Assembly (NCBI GenBank): GCA_021650915.1
Contig: CP091279.1
Coordinates: 2,250,001 to 2,282,000 of the forward strand
Origin: Candidatus Brocadia sp.
GTDB taxonomy: Bacteria; Planctomycetota; Brocadiia; Brocadiales; Brocadiaceae
Direction of reading: 5' to 3'
DNA: 32,000 bases
In this document: piece by piece, positions 16,730-24,681 of the stretch
Layout of the letters: the number at the start of each line of letters is the position of its first letter
How positions within the stretch are numbered: the first letter of the stretch is position 1
Notes under the pieces: generated by a model
Database searches by the model: none
What the model saw: only the letters and a program-made list of their open reading frames with translations
Told to the model about the DNA's origin: nothing
Position numbers and translations under genes: made by a program

Positions 16730-17761
16730 ATGCAAAGATTTTTAAAGAGATTTTCCTATATCTTTATGATATGCCTTGTCCTTTCCGGAGGCTGTATCAC
16801 AGTTGAATACAGACGTGGACCTATTCCAGAACATCTGTCAATGGGGGAACATGCTCATAGTTGTTATTGTGGTTGTTGTGATATATCTGGACCTCGACCA
16901 CCACCTGTCCTATCACCCGCATCCGAATATAAACATGCCGTGTTAATCTGTGCAGGGGTAACGAATGCAGACCGACAAAGGTATAATTCAGCATATTGGT
17001 ATGATCTTATGAGTCAATATCTGATGCTGAGAGAGCGTGGGTTTAATGATGAGAATATTCATGTACTTTATGGTTATGATGGAGAAGATTACTATCCCGG
17101 ACTTTTAGATTATAACTCTGCACATTTGTTTGGTAAGAAAATTACTGATATGGCTATTTCTAAAGCGAATATTGAATCAGTATTCCAGGCATTAGGTGGT
17201 AAAAGAAGTGATGTAAATTGTGTAAGTCGTGCCCTAACTGATGAGGATTATTTGTATATCTGGTGGATGGGCCACGGCGGTTCTGATCCAGGTACTTGCA
17301 ATCTTTACTTGCCCATTAGTGTTACGGGTGAAGAATTTACTGACGTAGAATTGAGTAACTGTATTAATCAGGTTTCTCATTATAAAAAAAGAGTTGTCGC
17401 CGTAATGACCTGTTTCTCGAGTGGTATTCTCGATGATATGATAAACGAAAAAGGTGTTAATACAGTTACCCTTGCTTCATCATCCTGTGACGAATATTCA
17501 TATGATATCTGGCCGACCTGTGATCGCCGTCCTCATGCAGAATTTAATTATAAACTCACAGAGGCCATACGTCAGATGGATATATGCAATAAGCCACTTA
17601 AAAAAGATCCAGATACTAATCCAAAAGATGGTTATGTATCACTGGCGGAGGCATGTGATTATATTGCGCCGCCAATGAGAAACCCAACGGCCCCTCGCAA
17701 AATTAGTGACCCTGATAAGATAAGTGATTCGACTTATTTTAACGAGCCAAATACGCCTTAA
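16730..17761 (+). CDS. clan CD cysteine peptidase, legumain (C13)-like, lipoprotein-type signal
   Basis: 343-aa ORF with signal MICLVLSGGC. Candidate catalytic His is in YIWWMGHGGSD and Cys in VVAVMTCFSSG, in the His-then-Cys order and spacing typical of the caspase/legumain fold. HAVLICAGV matches the N-terminal beta-strand. Confidence 0.65.
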   Translation: MQRFLKRFSYIFMICLVLSGGCITVEYRRGPIPEHLSMGEHAHSCYCGCCDISGPRPPPVLSPASEYKHAVLICAGVTNADRQRYNSAYWYDLMSQYLMLRERGFNDENIHVLYGYDGEDYYPGLLDYNSAHLFGKKITDMAISKANIESVFQALGGKRSDVNCVSRALTDEDYLYIWWMGHGGSDPGTCNLYLPISVTGEEFTDVELSNCINQVSHYKKRVVAVMTCFSSGILDDMINEKGVNTVTLASSSCDEYSYDIWPTCDRRPHAEFNYKLTEAIRQMDICNKPLKKDPDTNPKDGYVSLAEACDYIAPPMRNPTAPRKISDPDKISDSTYFNEPNTP

Positions 17762-17843
17762 AGTTCACACGAGGGGGATGGAATAGAGTAGTTTTTAACA
17801 CAGCCCTTGATCTCTGCCAGCAAGGACGCACAAGAAACAGCTA

Positions 17844-17948
17844 ACACACCCCCGGCCCCTCTTTTTAGAGGGGAGGATAAAGAACACACCTCCGGCTCCT
17901 CTGCCTGTGCGTGTTCACACGCAGACAGGTCTTGATAGAGGGGAGATC
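17844..17948. repeat. composite of R5 hairpins, one carrying an inserted CCTGTGCGTG..CACGCAGACAGG hairpin
   Basis: CCCCTCTTTTTAGAGGGG (17857-17874), then CTCCTCT-[GCCTGTGCGTGTTCACACGCAGACAGGTCTTGAT]-AGAGGGGAG. Confidence 0.65.
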
Positions 17949-17993
17949 ATGGCGTTTCCCGTGTAATCTCATAAAACTCTTTTACGGGAGGGA

Positions 17994-18386
17994 ATGGATA
18001 TGAAGAGCAGATATGTGTTTTTTGTGGGGGGAGGTGTAGTCTTATGTTTGTTACTGAGTATGACAGTTGCGATTTCAAAGGCATACGCAATACCAGGAAC
18101 AGTTTCAGGAACAGTCAGGGATGACTTTGAGAAGGATGGATATGAAACAAGCGATCCTCCCTTATCACCGAACCCAGCCCTTAGGCCAAGTATGCGTCTT
18201 CTTATTGGTTCTAATGTCATTGCTGGCCCAGTTAATAGAACCCCTGAGGGGATGTATACGTTTGCAGCATTGCCAGGTAACTATACGGTAGAGGCCTCGT
18301 GTTCTGGTTTTGTGACACAGACTCAACCAGTAACAATAATTTCCGGCGGCGGTACAACAAAGAACTTTGGACTGCAACGTCCGTAG
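17994..18386 (+). CDS. small secreted protein with a CarboxypepD_reg-like beta-sandwich domain
   Basis: Signal peptide ...MTVAISKAYA|IPG. The second ATG at 18000 has better RBS spacing after GGGAGGG. The domain reads GTVSGTVRDD...EGMYTFAALPGNYTVEASCSGFVTQTQPVTI. Confidence 0.7.
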   Translation: MDMKSRYVFFVGGGVVLCLLLSMTVAISKAYAIPGTVSGTVRDDFEKDGYETSDPPLSPNPALRPSMRLLIGSNVIAGPVNRTPEGMYTFAALPGNYTVEASCSGFVTQTQPVTIISGGGTTKNFGLQRP

Positions 18387-18471
18387 TACCCGTTCGTTTT
18401 AGGCTACGGGTTTATTCACACAAATTTTTAAGCAGCATGATTCACCCACGAATAGGGGAAGGAGGAAAACC

Positions 18472-19572
18472 ATGAAACAATACTCTGAAAATGAACTAGA
18501 TGTTTTGTTGGACATCCTTGAAAGGTATGATAAGGAATTACAGGTTGAAGGTGTCTATTATATGGATGTTGGATACAGATTTAAAGATGGACAGCGGGAC
18601 GATCAACTAGTGTGCAGACATATTAATTACAAATTATATATTGTGGACAATTTTAGCTATATCGCGCCGTAAAACAGCATTTATATGTTTCGTTATTAAT
18701 ATGTCTCTACACTAGCAATACGTGTTCATACGAAGGCAAAACCGAGGAGTACCGTGGACGTGTCGAAACAGATCCCTGAAATAATAGAAGGACATCCTAC
18801 TTGCGTGATCAAATATAATTCTCAGACACCCCCAGTGGAAGTCCCTGCAGATGTGCGAATACGTGATATTCAAAATAATTGGCAAAGACGTAATCAGCGT
18901 TTTGAGACTTTAGTAGGGGGCATTGCAGTCTGGAATTCTCAATTCAAGCACGAGTGTCAAATCCCCGGTACGCTTGGAGCAATAGTCTTTCATGCTGCCA
19001 CCTCGCAATTTATGGGCTTATCAAACTATCATGTCCTCGTTCTCAATAAACAGGGAAAGGCAGAAGGGAAAAAAGGAGATACTATTATGCAGGGGAACTT
19101 TAATGAGTACCCCCCTAATCGGAATAATAGCATTGGCACTCTTTTCAAATGGAATAAGAAACTCGACTGCGCCATTTGTGCTTTAAGAGATTATTCGGAG
19201 GTGGGAGAGATTTTAGACTGTTCTAAGAGACCACAAGGGGCAATATCACCTCTGGTGGGGATGAAAGTCATCAAATCCGGCATGGCAACGGGACTTACCC
19301 GCGGGATTGTTGATGGTGTTAGCCGTACGGATAAATCATTTACCGTGATTCCTGATCCTGGTAATCCAAGTCCTACCGGTGAAATTAGCACTGGTGGGAA
19401 TTCTGGTTCTGTGTGGCTGGAATTTGAAAGTTTTTGTGCCGTAGGACTTCATTATGATGGAGAAAAGAACTCAGACCCAGGAGCTGAAAGAGCGTGGGCG
19501 AAGCAGATGACTGAGGTGGCGAAAGAGTTAGAGATTGAATTTACAACAGGGATCACAGAGATACGTGTATGA
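18472..19572 (+). pseudogene. chymotrypsin-fold (S1) serine protease interrupted by a 105-bp MITE insertion
   Basis: ORF 18472..18672 and ORF 18754..19572 share a frame. Deleting 105 bp (element plus one copy of the duplicated CTAG) joins ...YRFKDGQRDDQL to AIRVHTKAKPRSTVDVSKQIPEII... without a stop. Catalytic candidates are His in LSNYHVLV, Asp in LDCAICAL and Ser in GGNSGSVW. A GTG restart at 18754 could still yield a truncated product. Confidence 0.75.
18607..18715. mobile_element. 109-bp MITE-like element, copy 1 (21-bp terminal inverted repeats CTAGTGTGCAGACATATTAAT / ATTAATATGTCTCTACACTAG)
   Basis: The reverse complement matches 22352-22460 at 103 of 109 positions. It is flanked by, or ends in, CTAG. 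It supplies the premature TAA (18670-18672) that truncates the protease ORF. Confidence 0.85.
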
Positions 19573-19905
19573 AGAACAAACGTGTCCTGAGCGTGCCTCA
19601 TGCGGGTTCTGGTTTGTCTGCCTGTGCCTGCACGGCAGACAGAAGGCGGCTCTTACCATAAAAGTCGTTGCCAACCAGCCCTGACAGGGTTGATTCACGA
19701 CAGCCCCCTATTTTCCCCCCATTTCTCCGAGTACTCCGTGTCCTCTGTGTGAGTTGCTACAAATAAGTATATCATTACCCGATGATGGGAACACATCTTG
19801 ACTTTACCTTCTGTTTCTGATACTTTTGCTTCTGGCAATGGTTTTCATTTTTAGTCTTGCAACAAGTATGATAACAGCTATAGTGAAAGACAAAAATAAG
19901 TCCTC

Positions 19906-19990
19906 ATGCGATGAGCGGAGCGACGAAGCAATCGCTGTAATAGATTGCTTTGCTGTCGTTCGCAATGACAATGCATGTATACTTATTTAA
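19906..19990. repeat. repeat family R6 (..GAAGCAATCGCTGTAATAGATTGCTTTGCTGTCGTTCGCAATGACA..ACTTATTTAA)
   Basis: A related copy is at 23722-23835 (GCCGTCGTTCGCAATAACA...ACTTATTTAA). Confidence 0.6.
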
Positions 19991-20021
19991 AACGCTGCTT
20001 ATAATAAAAAAGGCCGGATAG

Positions 20022-20201
20022 ATGGGTAAACAACAATTTTTAAGGCAGATAAGAAGTTTTGAAGACCTTATTCTCAAGCATACCGAAAAGATGGAAAAGG
20101 AAAAGGCTAAACCGGTACCATACGATTCGGTTTCACCGCTGCCTTTTTTCGCTCCGCATTTCTCTCCGGTAATCAAAAAGGTTCTTACCGTTTTCCTTTA
20201 A
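20022..20201 (+). CDS. hypothetical 59-aa protein (below the ORF-track length cutoff)
   Basis: My translation: MGKQQFLRQIRSFEDLILKHTEKMEKEKAKPVPYDSVSPLPFFAPHFSPVIKKVLTVFL. The RBS is weak and I recognise no family. It may be non-coding. Confidence 0.25.
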   Translation: MGKQQFLRQIRSFEDLILKHTEKMEKEKAKPVPYDSVSPLPFFAPHFSPVIKKVLTVFL

Positions 20202-20226
20202 AAATCATCTGATAATTACCCCACGC

Positions 20227-20322
20227 TGGTTCAGACTTTGCCACGCATGCCCGGCAGAGCGATTGGCAGCCTGAACCGAAACGGCATGATTCACTCGTTC
20301 GACTCTGTGCTCACGACGAAGT
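20227..20322. repeat. repeat family R4 copy (..CAGCCTGAACCGAAACGG..TCGTTCGACTCTGTGCTCACGACGAAGTC)
   Basis: Parallels 12354-12417. The CTGTGCTCACGACGAAGTC part also occurs inverted at 6178-6200. Confidence 0.6.
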
Positions 20323-20329
20323 CTGCACG

Positions 20330-22351
20330 GTGATAACCAGTTGAGGGAGGCGTGCCTTGAAGTATGGGATACCTAAGTGGTTGAAAATATCACCTCTGCG
20401 AGCCTAAATCCTCGTAGAGAAGTTTGTACCTATGCGTATACAAAGGAGCAATCCGTATGCGGAGAAAGATGGCGTATTCCCGTGAAGGGTATGACGGAGT
20501 TACGAGGTACAGACGACCTTTTGGGGTGTATGAGTATGGCGTGTTAGTTCGTGCCAACTGCCCCTTCTCAGTAAAGCACTGACAAATGTCCTTGTTGGAG
20601 ATGATGCAAGCGATTCGGTGAAAACATCTCTGGATAATGCGTTTGAACATACATCACGAAGGGAAAAGGGGTAATCCATATGACCGGGGGAGGACTTACG
20701 TCTTGGGAAGAAATTCCCTAACAGCGAGGTATAAGGGAAATCCGAAATCCAAGCTGTATGAGATGGTGACGGACGACTGGCTCTCACAGGTCTGTCTTTG
20801 AAGTCGTCAGCATTGCTCATAATAGTTTCTGGTGTGTACCAGGAATGAAGGGGCATAACCGTAGTGGAGTTGATGAAACGTGGTAGATTGAATACGTTCC
20901 ATGAGAAAAGAGACTCTTTGCATGGGCAAGTAGTAGCAAGAGACTCTCTTGTTTTGCCTCTGTCAGGAGGAATCTCGACTCAGGAAACACGATTGACAAG
21001 TCTATTATCCGGAATCAATCAAAAGGAACATATCGGGAGATGCTTAAGTATCATTCTTTAAGAGACAAGGTATTCAGTCTGAGAAACCTTTATGCGGCTT
21101 TTGGGCACGTAAAGAAGAATAAAGGCAAGGCTGGTCTCGACAGGGTAAGTATTAAGCAGTTTGAAAGTGACCTTGAGAATAATCTACAAGCTATTCACAA
21201 GGAACTGAAAACCGCCATATACAACCCTGCGCCCGTCTTAAGGGTCTACATTCCCAAAGGCAGGCATGGCAAGAGACCTCTTGGCATTCCCATTGTCAAG
21301 GACAGGGTAGTACAGCAGGCGTTCAGACAAATCATAGAGCCAATATTCGAGAAAGAATTCTCGGATAACAGCTTTGGATTTCGTCCAAACAGATGCTGTC
21401 ATGATGCTATCAAACGGATTGAACAGTATAAGCAGCAAGGGTATCGGAACATTTTGGACGCCGATATAAAGGCGTTCTATGACACCATACCTCACAAGCT
21501 TATCATGAACTCCTTGCGTGAGAAAATCGCTGACGGATGGGTTTTGAACAGTATCGAGAACATGCTCAAGGCAGGGGTCATGGAGAACGGCATCGTGCAC
21601 GAGACAAATCAAGGCACTCCGCAAGGAGGCGTCATATCCCCCTTGCTTGCAAACCTTATCGGTGACATCATCGACAAGGAGCTTGAAAAGGCAGGATATA
21701 AATTTGTCCGCTATGCCGATGACTTCGTTGTCATGACTAAAACGAAAGAAGAACTCCCTGCCGCCCTTCAGTACGTCAAAGAAATCATTGAAGGGAAACT
21801 TGAAATGAAGCTGCGCGAGGATAAAACCAGGCTCACCAACTTCAAACGAGGCTTCCGGTTTCTTGGATATAATTTCATGGGCAAGAACAAGGGTGTAAGC
21901 ATGAAATCCCTGGACAAACTCAAGGACGCCGTCAGAGACATCACCAAACGCACACAAGGCGTCAACCTGCAAGCCGTCATTGATACATTAAATCCTGTCA
22001 TAAGGGGACATGTCAACTATTTTCGGCTGGGCAATGTACAAACGGTATATCGCTCGTTAGACTGCTGGGTACGCATGAGACTGAGAAGTTTCAAGTTTTC
22101 GAGAAAATGGAAAACTGACAACAAACGTTTCCCGGTACACCGATTCTTTAAGATGGGGTTACTCTCATTTGAAAGAGAATTTCTTAAGGCACGTGCGAAG
22201 GCATGATAGTTTACTTTTCTCTGCTCCAGAGCAACACTATGGGGTCGCTAACTACGGGAAAGCCGTATGGTTTAAAAGGATACTTTGTCACGTTGTCCAA
22301 AGTATCTGGCGACGATTGGGGGTTGGAGGCGATTCGCCTCCTTCCTACCAG
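20330..22351 (+). mobile_element. group II intron (ribozyme domains I-IV upstream of the RT ORF, short 3' tail); boundaries approximate
   Basis: About 700 nt of non-coding sequence precedes the RT. It has segments resembling group II domain I/III strings remembered from Ll.LtrB (GGUAUAAG; GUAGUAG...CAUGGGCAA). A ~145-nt structured tail follows the ORF (hairpins at 22273-22306 and 22325-22341). I could not fold a canonical domain V or place GUGYG / AY ends confidently. Confidence 0.6.
21040..22206 (+). CDS. group II intron reverse transcriptase/maturase, lacking the En (HNH) domain
   Basis: 388-aa ORF. RT motifs: RVYIPKGRHGKRPLGIP, FGFRP, DADIKAFYDTI, GTPQGGVISPLLANL, the YADDFVV active site, and the X/maturase motif LNPVIRGHVNYF. 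There is no C-terminal zinc-finger/HNH. Confidence 0.9.
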   Translation: MLKYHSLRDKVFSLRNLYAAFGHVKKNKGKAGLDRVSIKQFESDLENNLQAIHKELKTAIYNPAPVLRVYIPKGRHGKRPLGIPIVKDRVVQQAFRQIIEPIFEKEFSDNSFGFRPNRCCHDAIKRIEQYKQQGYRNILDADIKAFYDTIPHKLIMNSLREKIADGWVLNSIENMLKAGVMENGIVHETNQGTPQGGVISPLLANLIGDIIDKELEKAGYKFVRYADDFVVMTKTKEELPAALQYVKEIIEGKLEMKLREDKTRLTNFKRGFRFLGYNFMGKNKGVSMKSLDKLKDAVRDITKRTQGVNLQAVIDTLNPVIRGHVNYFRLGNVQTVYRSLDCWVRMRLRSFKFSRKWKTDNKRFPVHRFFKMGLLSFEREFLKARAKA

Positions 22352-22460
22352 CTAGTGTAGAGACATATTAATAACGAAACATATAAATGCTGTTTTGCAG
22401 CACTATATAACTATAATTGTCCACAATATATAATTTGTAATTAATATGTCTGCACACTAG
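22352..22460. mobile_element. 109-bp MITE-like element, copy 2, inverted relative to copy 1
   Basis: The outer 45 and 41 nt are 100% identical to the reverse complement of 18607-18715. All 6 differences fall in the central 18 nt. It ends 68 nt upstream of the rlmN start. Confidence 0.85.
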
Positions 22461-22527
22461 TCGCACTGCCGGGCGGATTTACCTTTGCCCTACGCAATGA
22501 AGGTTCTGGTTGCAATGGCGCTACGCT

Positions 22528-23604
22528 ATGGATAAAACAAAGTTATTATCAATTACCAATATGTCTTTATCGGAACTGGAGGCATGGTGCACCTCTCTGG
22601 GGGAACCTACTTACCGGGCGAAACAGATGCTTTCATGGGTTTATGATAAGGGGGCAATGGCCTTTGACCAGATGTCTAACCTGCCTAAAAATTTTCAAAA
22701 ACACCTGGCCGGGCAGCGCCGGGTCTTTCAGACGAGCATTAGCGACATTACACAAACTGCCTATGGCACAGAGAAGTTCCTGGTGCATGTATCCGATGGA
22801 AATGTGATCGAATGTGTATTGCTCAGGGAAGGCAAAAGGACCACGGTGTGCATCTCAACCCAGGTAGGATGCGCCATGGCGTGCCAGTTCTGTGCCAGCG
22901 GTCTCCCTGGTCTTGAAAGGAACCTTACCACCGGTGAGATCGTTGAACAGGCACTCCATGTGAAAAATCATCTTCCCCGGGAAGAACGCATTACCAACAT
23001 TGTCTTTATGGGTATTGGCGAGCCGCTCATGAACTATGATAACGTTATCAAGGCTGCCCGGATTATGAATGCCGAATGGGGATTCGGCATCGGGGCGCGT
23101 CATATTACGATTTCAACGGTGGGTATTATCGACGGTATCCGCCGGCTGGCGCATGAAGGGCTTCAGATAAATCTGGCAATATCCCTTCATGCGCCCGACG
23201 ATAGGATACGGTCGAAGATAATCCCATCGAATAAAAAAATCGGCGTTAAAAATCTCATAGCGGCGGCCAGGGAATATTTCGAAACTACGCGACGGGATAT
23301 CAGCTTTGAATATCTCTTGATCGATGGCGTCAATGCATCCCGACAGGACGCAGAGTCCCTGGCACGATTGCTGAAAGGCATGCAATGCAACATAAACGTT
23401 CTCCCCGTGAATCCCGTTGAAGAATTTCACTGGCGGCCGCCTTCCCGTGAAACGATTGAAACCTTTTGCAGAATGCTGGAAAACCATGGCCTCGTCGTTA
23501 CGCTCCGGAAGAAAAAGGGAAGCCACATTAACGCGGCATGTGGTCAGCTCCGTCTGCAACGGCAGAAATTTTTATGGAAAAACCAGGAACATTGTGTTAA
23601 ATAA
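22528..23604 (+). CDS. rlmN: 23S rRNA (adenine2503-C2)/tRNA methyltransferase, radical SAM
   Basis: I prefer ATG 22528 (MDKTKLLSITNMSLSELEAWC..). Hallmarks are YRAKQMLSWVY, the radical SAM cluster motif CAMACQFCASG, GIGEPLMN and a C-terminal ACGQL. Confidence 0.92.
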   Translation: MDKTKLLSITNMSLSELEAWCTSLGEPTYRAKQMLSWVYDKGAMAFDQMSNLPKNFQKHLAGQRRVFQTSISDITQTAYGTEKFLVHVSDGNVIECVLLREGKRTTVCISTQVGCAMACQFCASGLPGLERNLTTGEIVEQALHVKNHLPREERITNIVFMGIGEPLMNYDNVIKAARIMNAEWGFGIGARHITISTVGIIDGIRRLAHEGLQINLAISLHAPDDRIRSKIIPSNKKIGVKNLIAAAREYFETTRRDISFEYLLIDGVNASRQDAESLARLLKGMQCNINVLPVNPVEEFHWRPPSRETIETFCRMLENHGLVVTLRKKKGSHINAACGQLRLQRQKFLWKNQEHCVK

Positions 23605-23721
23605 AAGGGAGCGGTTTTTTTTGAAAAACCCCCATAATGACAATATTTATCATGCGGGTACAGGAAAAGCATGGGTCAGTTTGGGTATGAAGTATTTATA
23701 TCTATCGTAAACGCAAAAAGA

Positions 23722-23835
23722 AAGTTGTCATTGTAAGGGCGTTAGCCCAAAGCAATCTCAAGAATGGGACTGTTTCGCCGTCGTTCGCAATAACACGCTT
23801 TTTCATAGATGACTATCGCATGTCAACTTATTTAA
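23722..23835. repeat. repeat family R6 copy
   Basis: GTCATTGTAAGGGCGTTAGCCCAAAGCAATCTC...GCCGTCGTTCGCAATAACA...ACTTATTTAA. Compare 19906-19990. Confidence 0.55.
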
Positions 23836-24007
23836 GGCGTTTCCGATATGTATAACAAATATTTCATCCTTGCTTTTTCCAAAAGTAAAACGGGTACTAA
23901 TTTTTTTACCATTTCCAGGGAAAGGAGGGGTGGGTCGGAGTCGGTTGTCTTTTCTGTATAACGAGGGTTTCGTACACTTTGAGATATAAAGAATAAGGAG
24001 AAGAAAT

Positions 24008-24196
24008 ATGCGAGCAAAAGTAGATCCTGATATCTGTACGGGCTGTGAACTTTGCACCCAAACGTGTCCTGAAGTTTTTTATATGAAAGGAGACGTGGCT
24101 GAAGCGAAAAATGCCGACGTGCCTGCTGGAAGTGAAGATCTTTGCAGACAGGCGGCTGAGGAATGCCCGGTAGAAGCAATAATCATTCAAGATTAA
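24008..24196 (+). CDS. small single-cluster ferredoxin
   Basis: 62-aa ORF MRAKVDPDICTGCELCTQTCPEVF...CRQAAEECPVEAIIIQD. The CxxCxxC...CP pattern matches small Fe-S ferredoxins. Confidence 0.85.
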   Translation: MRAKVDPDICTGCELCTQTCPEVFYMKGDVAEAKNADVPAGSEDLCRQAAEECPVEAIIIQD

Positions 24197-24205
24197 TGAA
24201 ACGGT

Positions 24206-24252
24206 AAAAAAAAGACCTTACATAACCTTGTTGCGATATGTAAGGTCTTTTT
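24206..24252. terminator. bidirectional intrinsic terminator shared by the convergent ferredoxin and rpmH genes
   Basis: AAAAAAAA-GACCTTACATA (24214-24224), 12-nt loop, TATGTAAGGTC (24237-24247)-TTTTT. Confidence 0.75.
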
Positions 24253-24351
24253 ATCGTAGTGTTGCACATCTGTTTCTTTTTGAGGTGTGTTTTTTTAATA
24301 CTCTCTTCAACCTCTTTCCAGCGGTGGCTATGAGGCACTCCGTATCACGTG

Positions 24352-24489
24352 CTATACATCGAGAAGAGGCCTTCTGCCGATTCTTCTTCTTCTCTTTAAA
24401 ATTGCCCTGCCACCCTTGGTACGCATTCTTTTTCGGAAGCCGCACATTTTTTTGTGTTTTATAGAACTTTTTCTGATATTGACCTTCAT
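24352..24489 (-). CDS. rpmH: 50S ribosomal protein L34
   Basis: Not in the ORF track (45 aa). My reverse-strand translation is MKVNIRKSSIKHKKMCGFRKRMRTKGGRAILKRRRRIGRRPLLDV. It matches the L34 pattern (..HGFRxRMxTxxGRxVLxRRRxKGRxxL). Confidence 0.85.
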   Translation of the reverse strand: MKVNIRKSSIKHKKMCGFRKRMRTKGGRAILKRRRRIGRRPLLDV

Positions 24490-24652
24490 GCCTGTATATC
24501 TCCTCAAAATTTTTAAGAGACTTAAAAATAAATTCTATCGGTTATACAATATAATATTTATTCATCTTTTGTCAAGACATTTTGAAATGCGTTTGAGTTA
24601 AAGTGTTTTTCCTGCTGCTTAAATTTAGACCTCAAAAAGTGTTAAAATCGTA

Positions 24653-24681
24653 TTGACATTAATCTTTTGAATTGATAATAT
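24653..24681 (+). promoter_or_regulatory. sigma70-type promoter candidate for the IHF/HU-like operon
   Basis: TTGACA (24653-24658), exactly 17 nt of spacer, then TAATAT (24676-24681). It lies ~170 nt upstream of ATG 24850 in an AT-rich gap. Confidence 0.5.

Noticed and set aside
18754-22206. Serine protease + reverse transcriptase as a retron-, DRT- or Abi-type defence pair
   Set aside because: The RT has group II intron hallmarks (QGGVISP, YADD, an RGHVNYF maturase domain and ~700 nt of intron-like upstream RNA) rather than retron/UG features. The two genes are 1.5 kb apart with repeats between them. The protease belongs to the upstream secreted cluster and is disrupted.
18607-22460. The 109-bp inverted pair as DGR template/variable repeats
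   Set aside because: The six mismatches are not adenine-specific (A/G, G/A, G/A, G/T, G/A, A/T). The repeats are non-coding palindromic units with their own terminal inverted repeats. The RT lacks the DGR-type motif.
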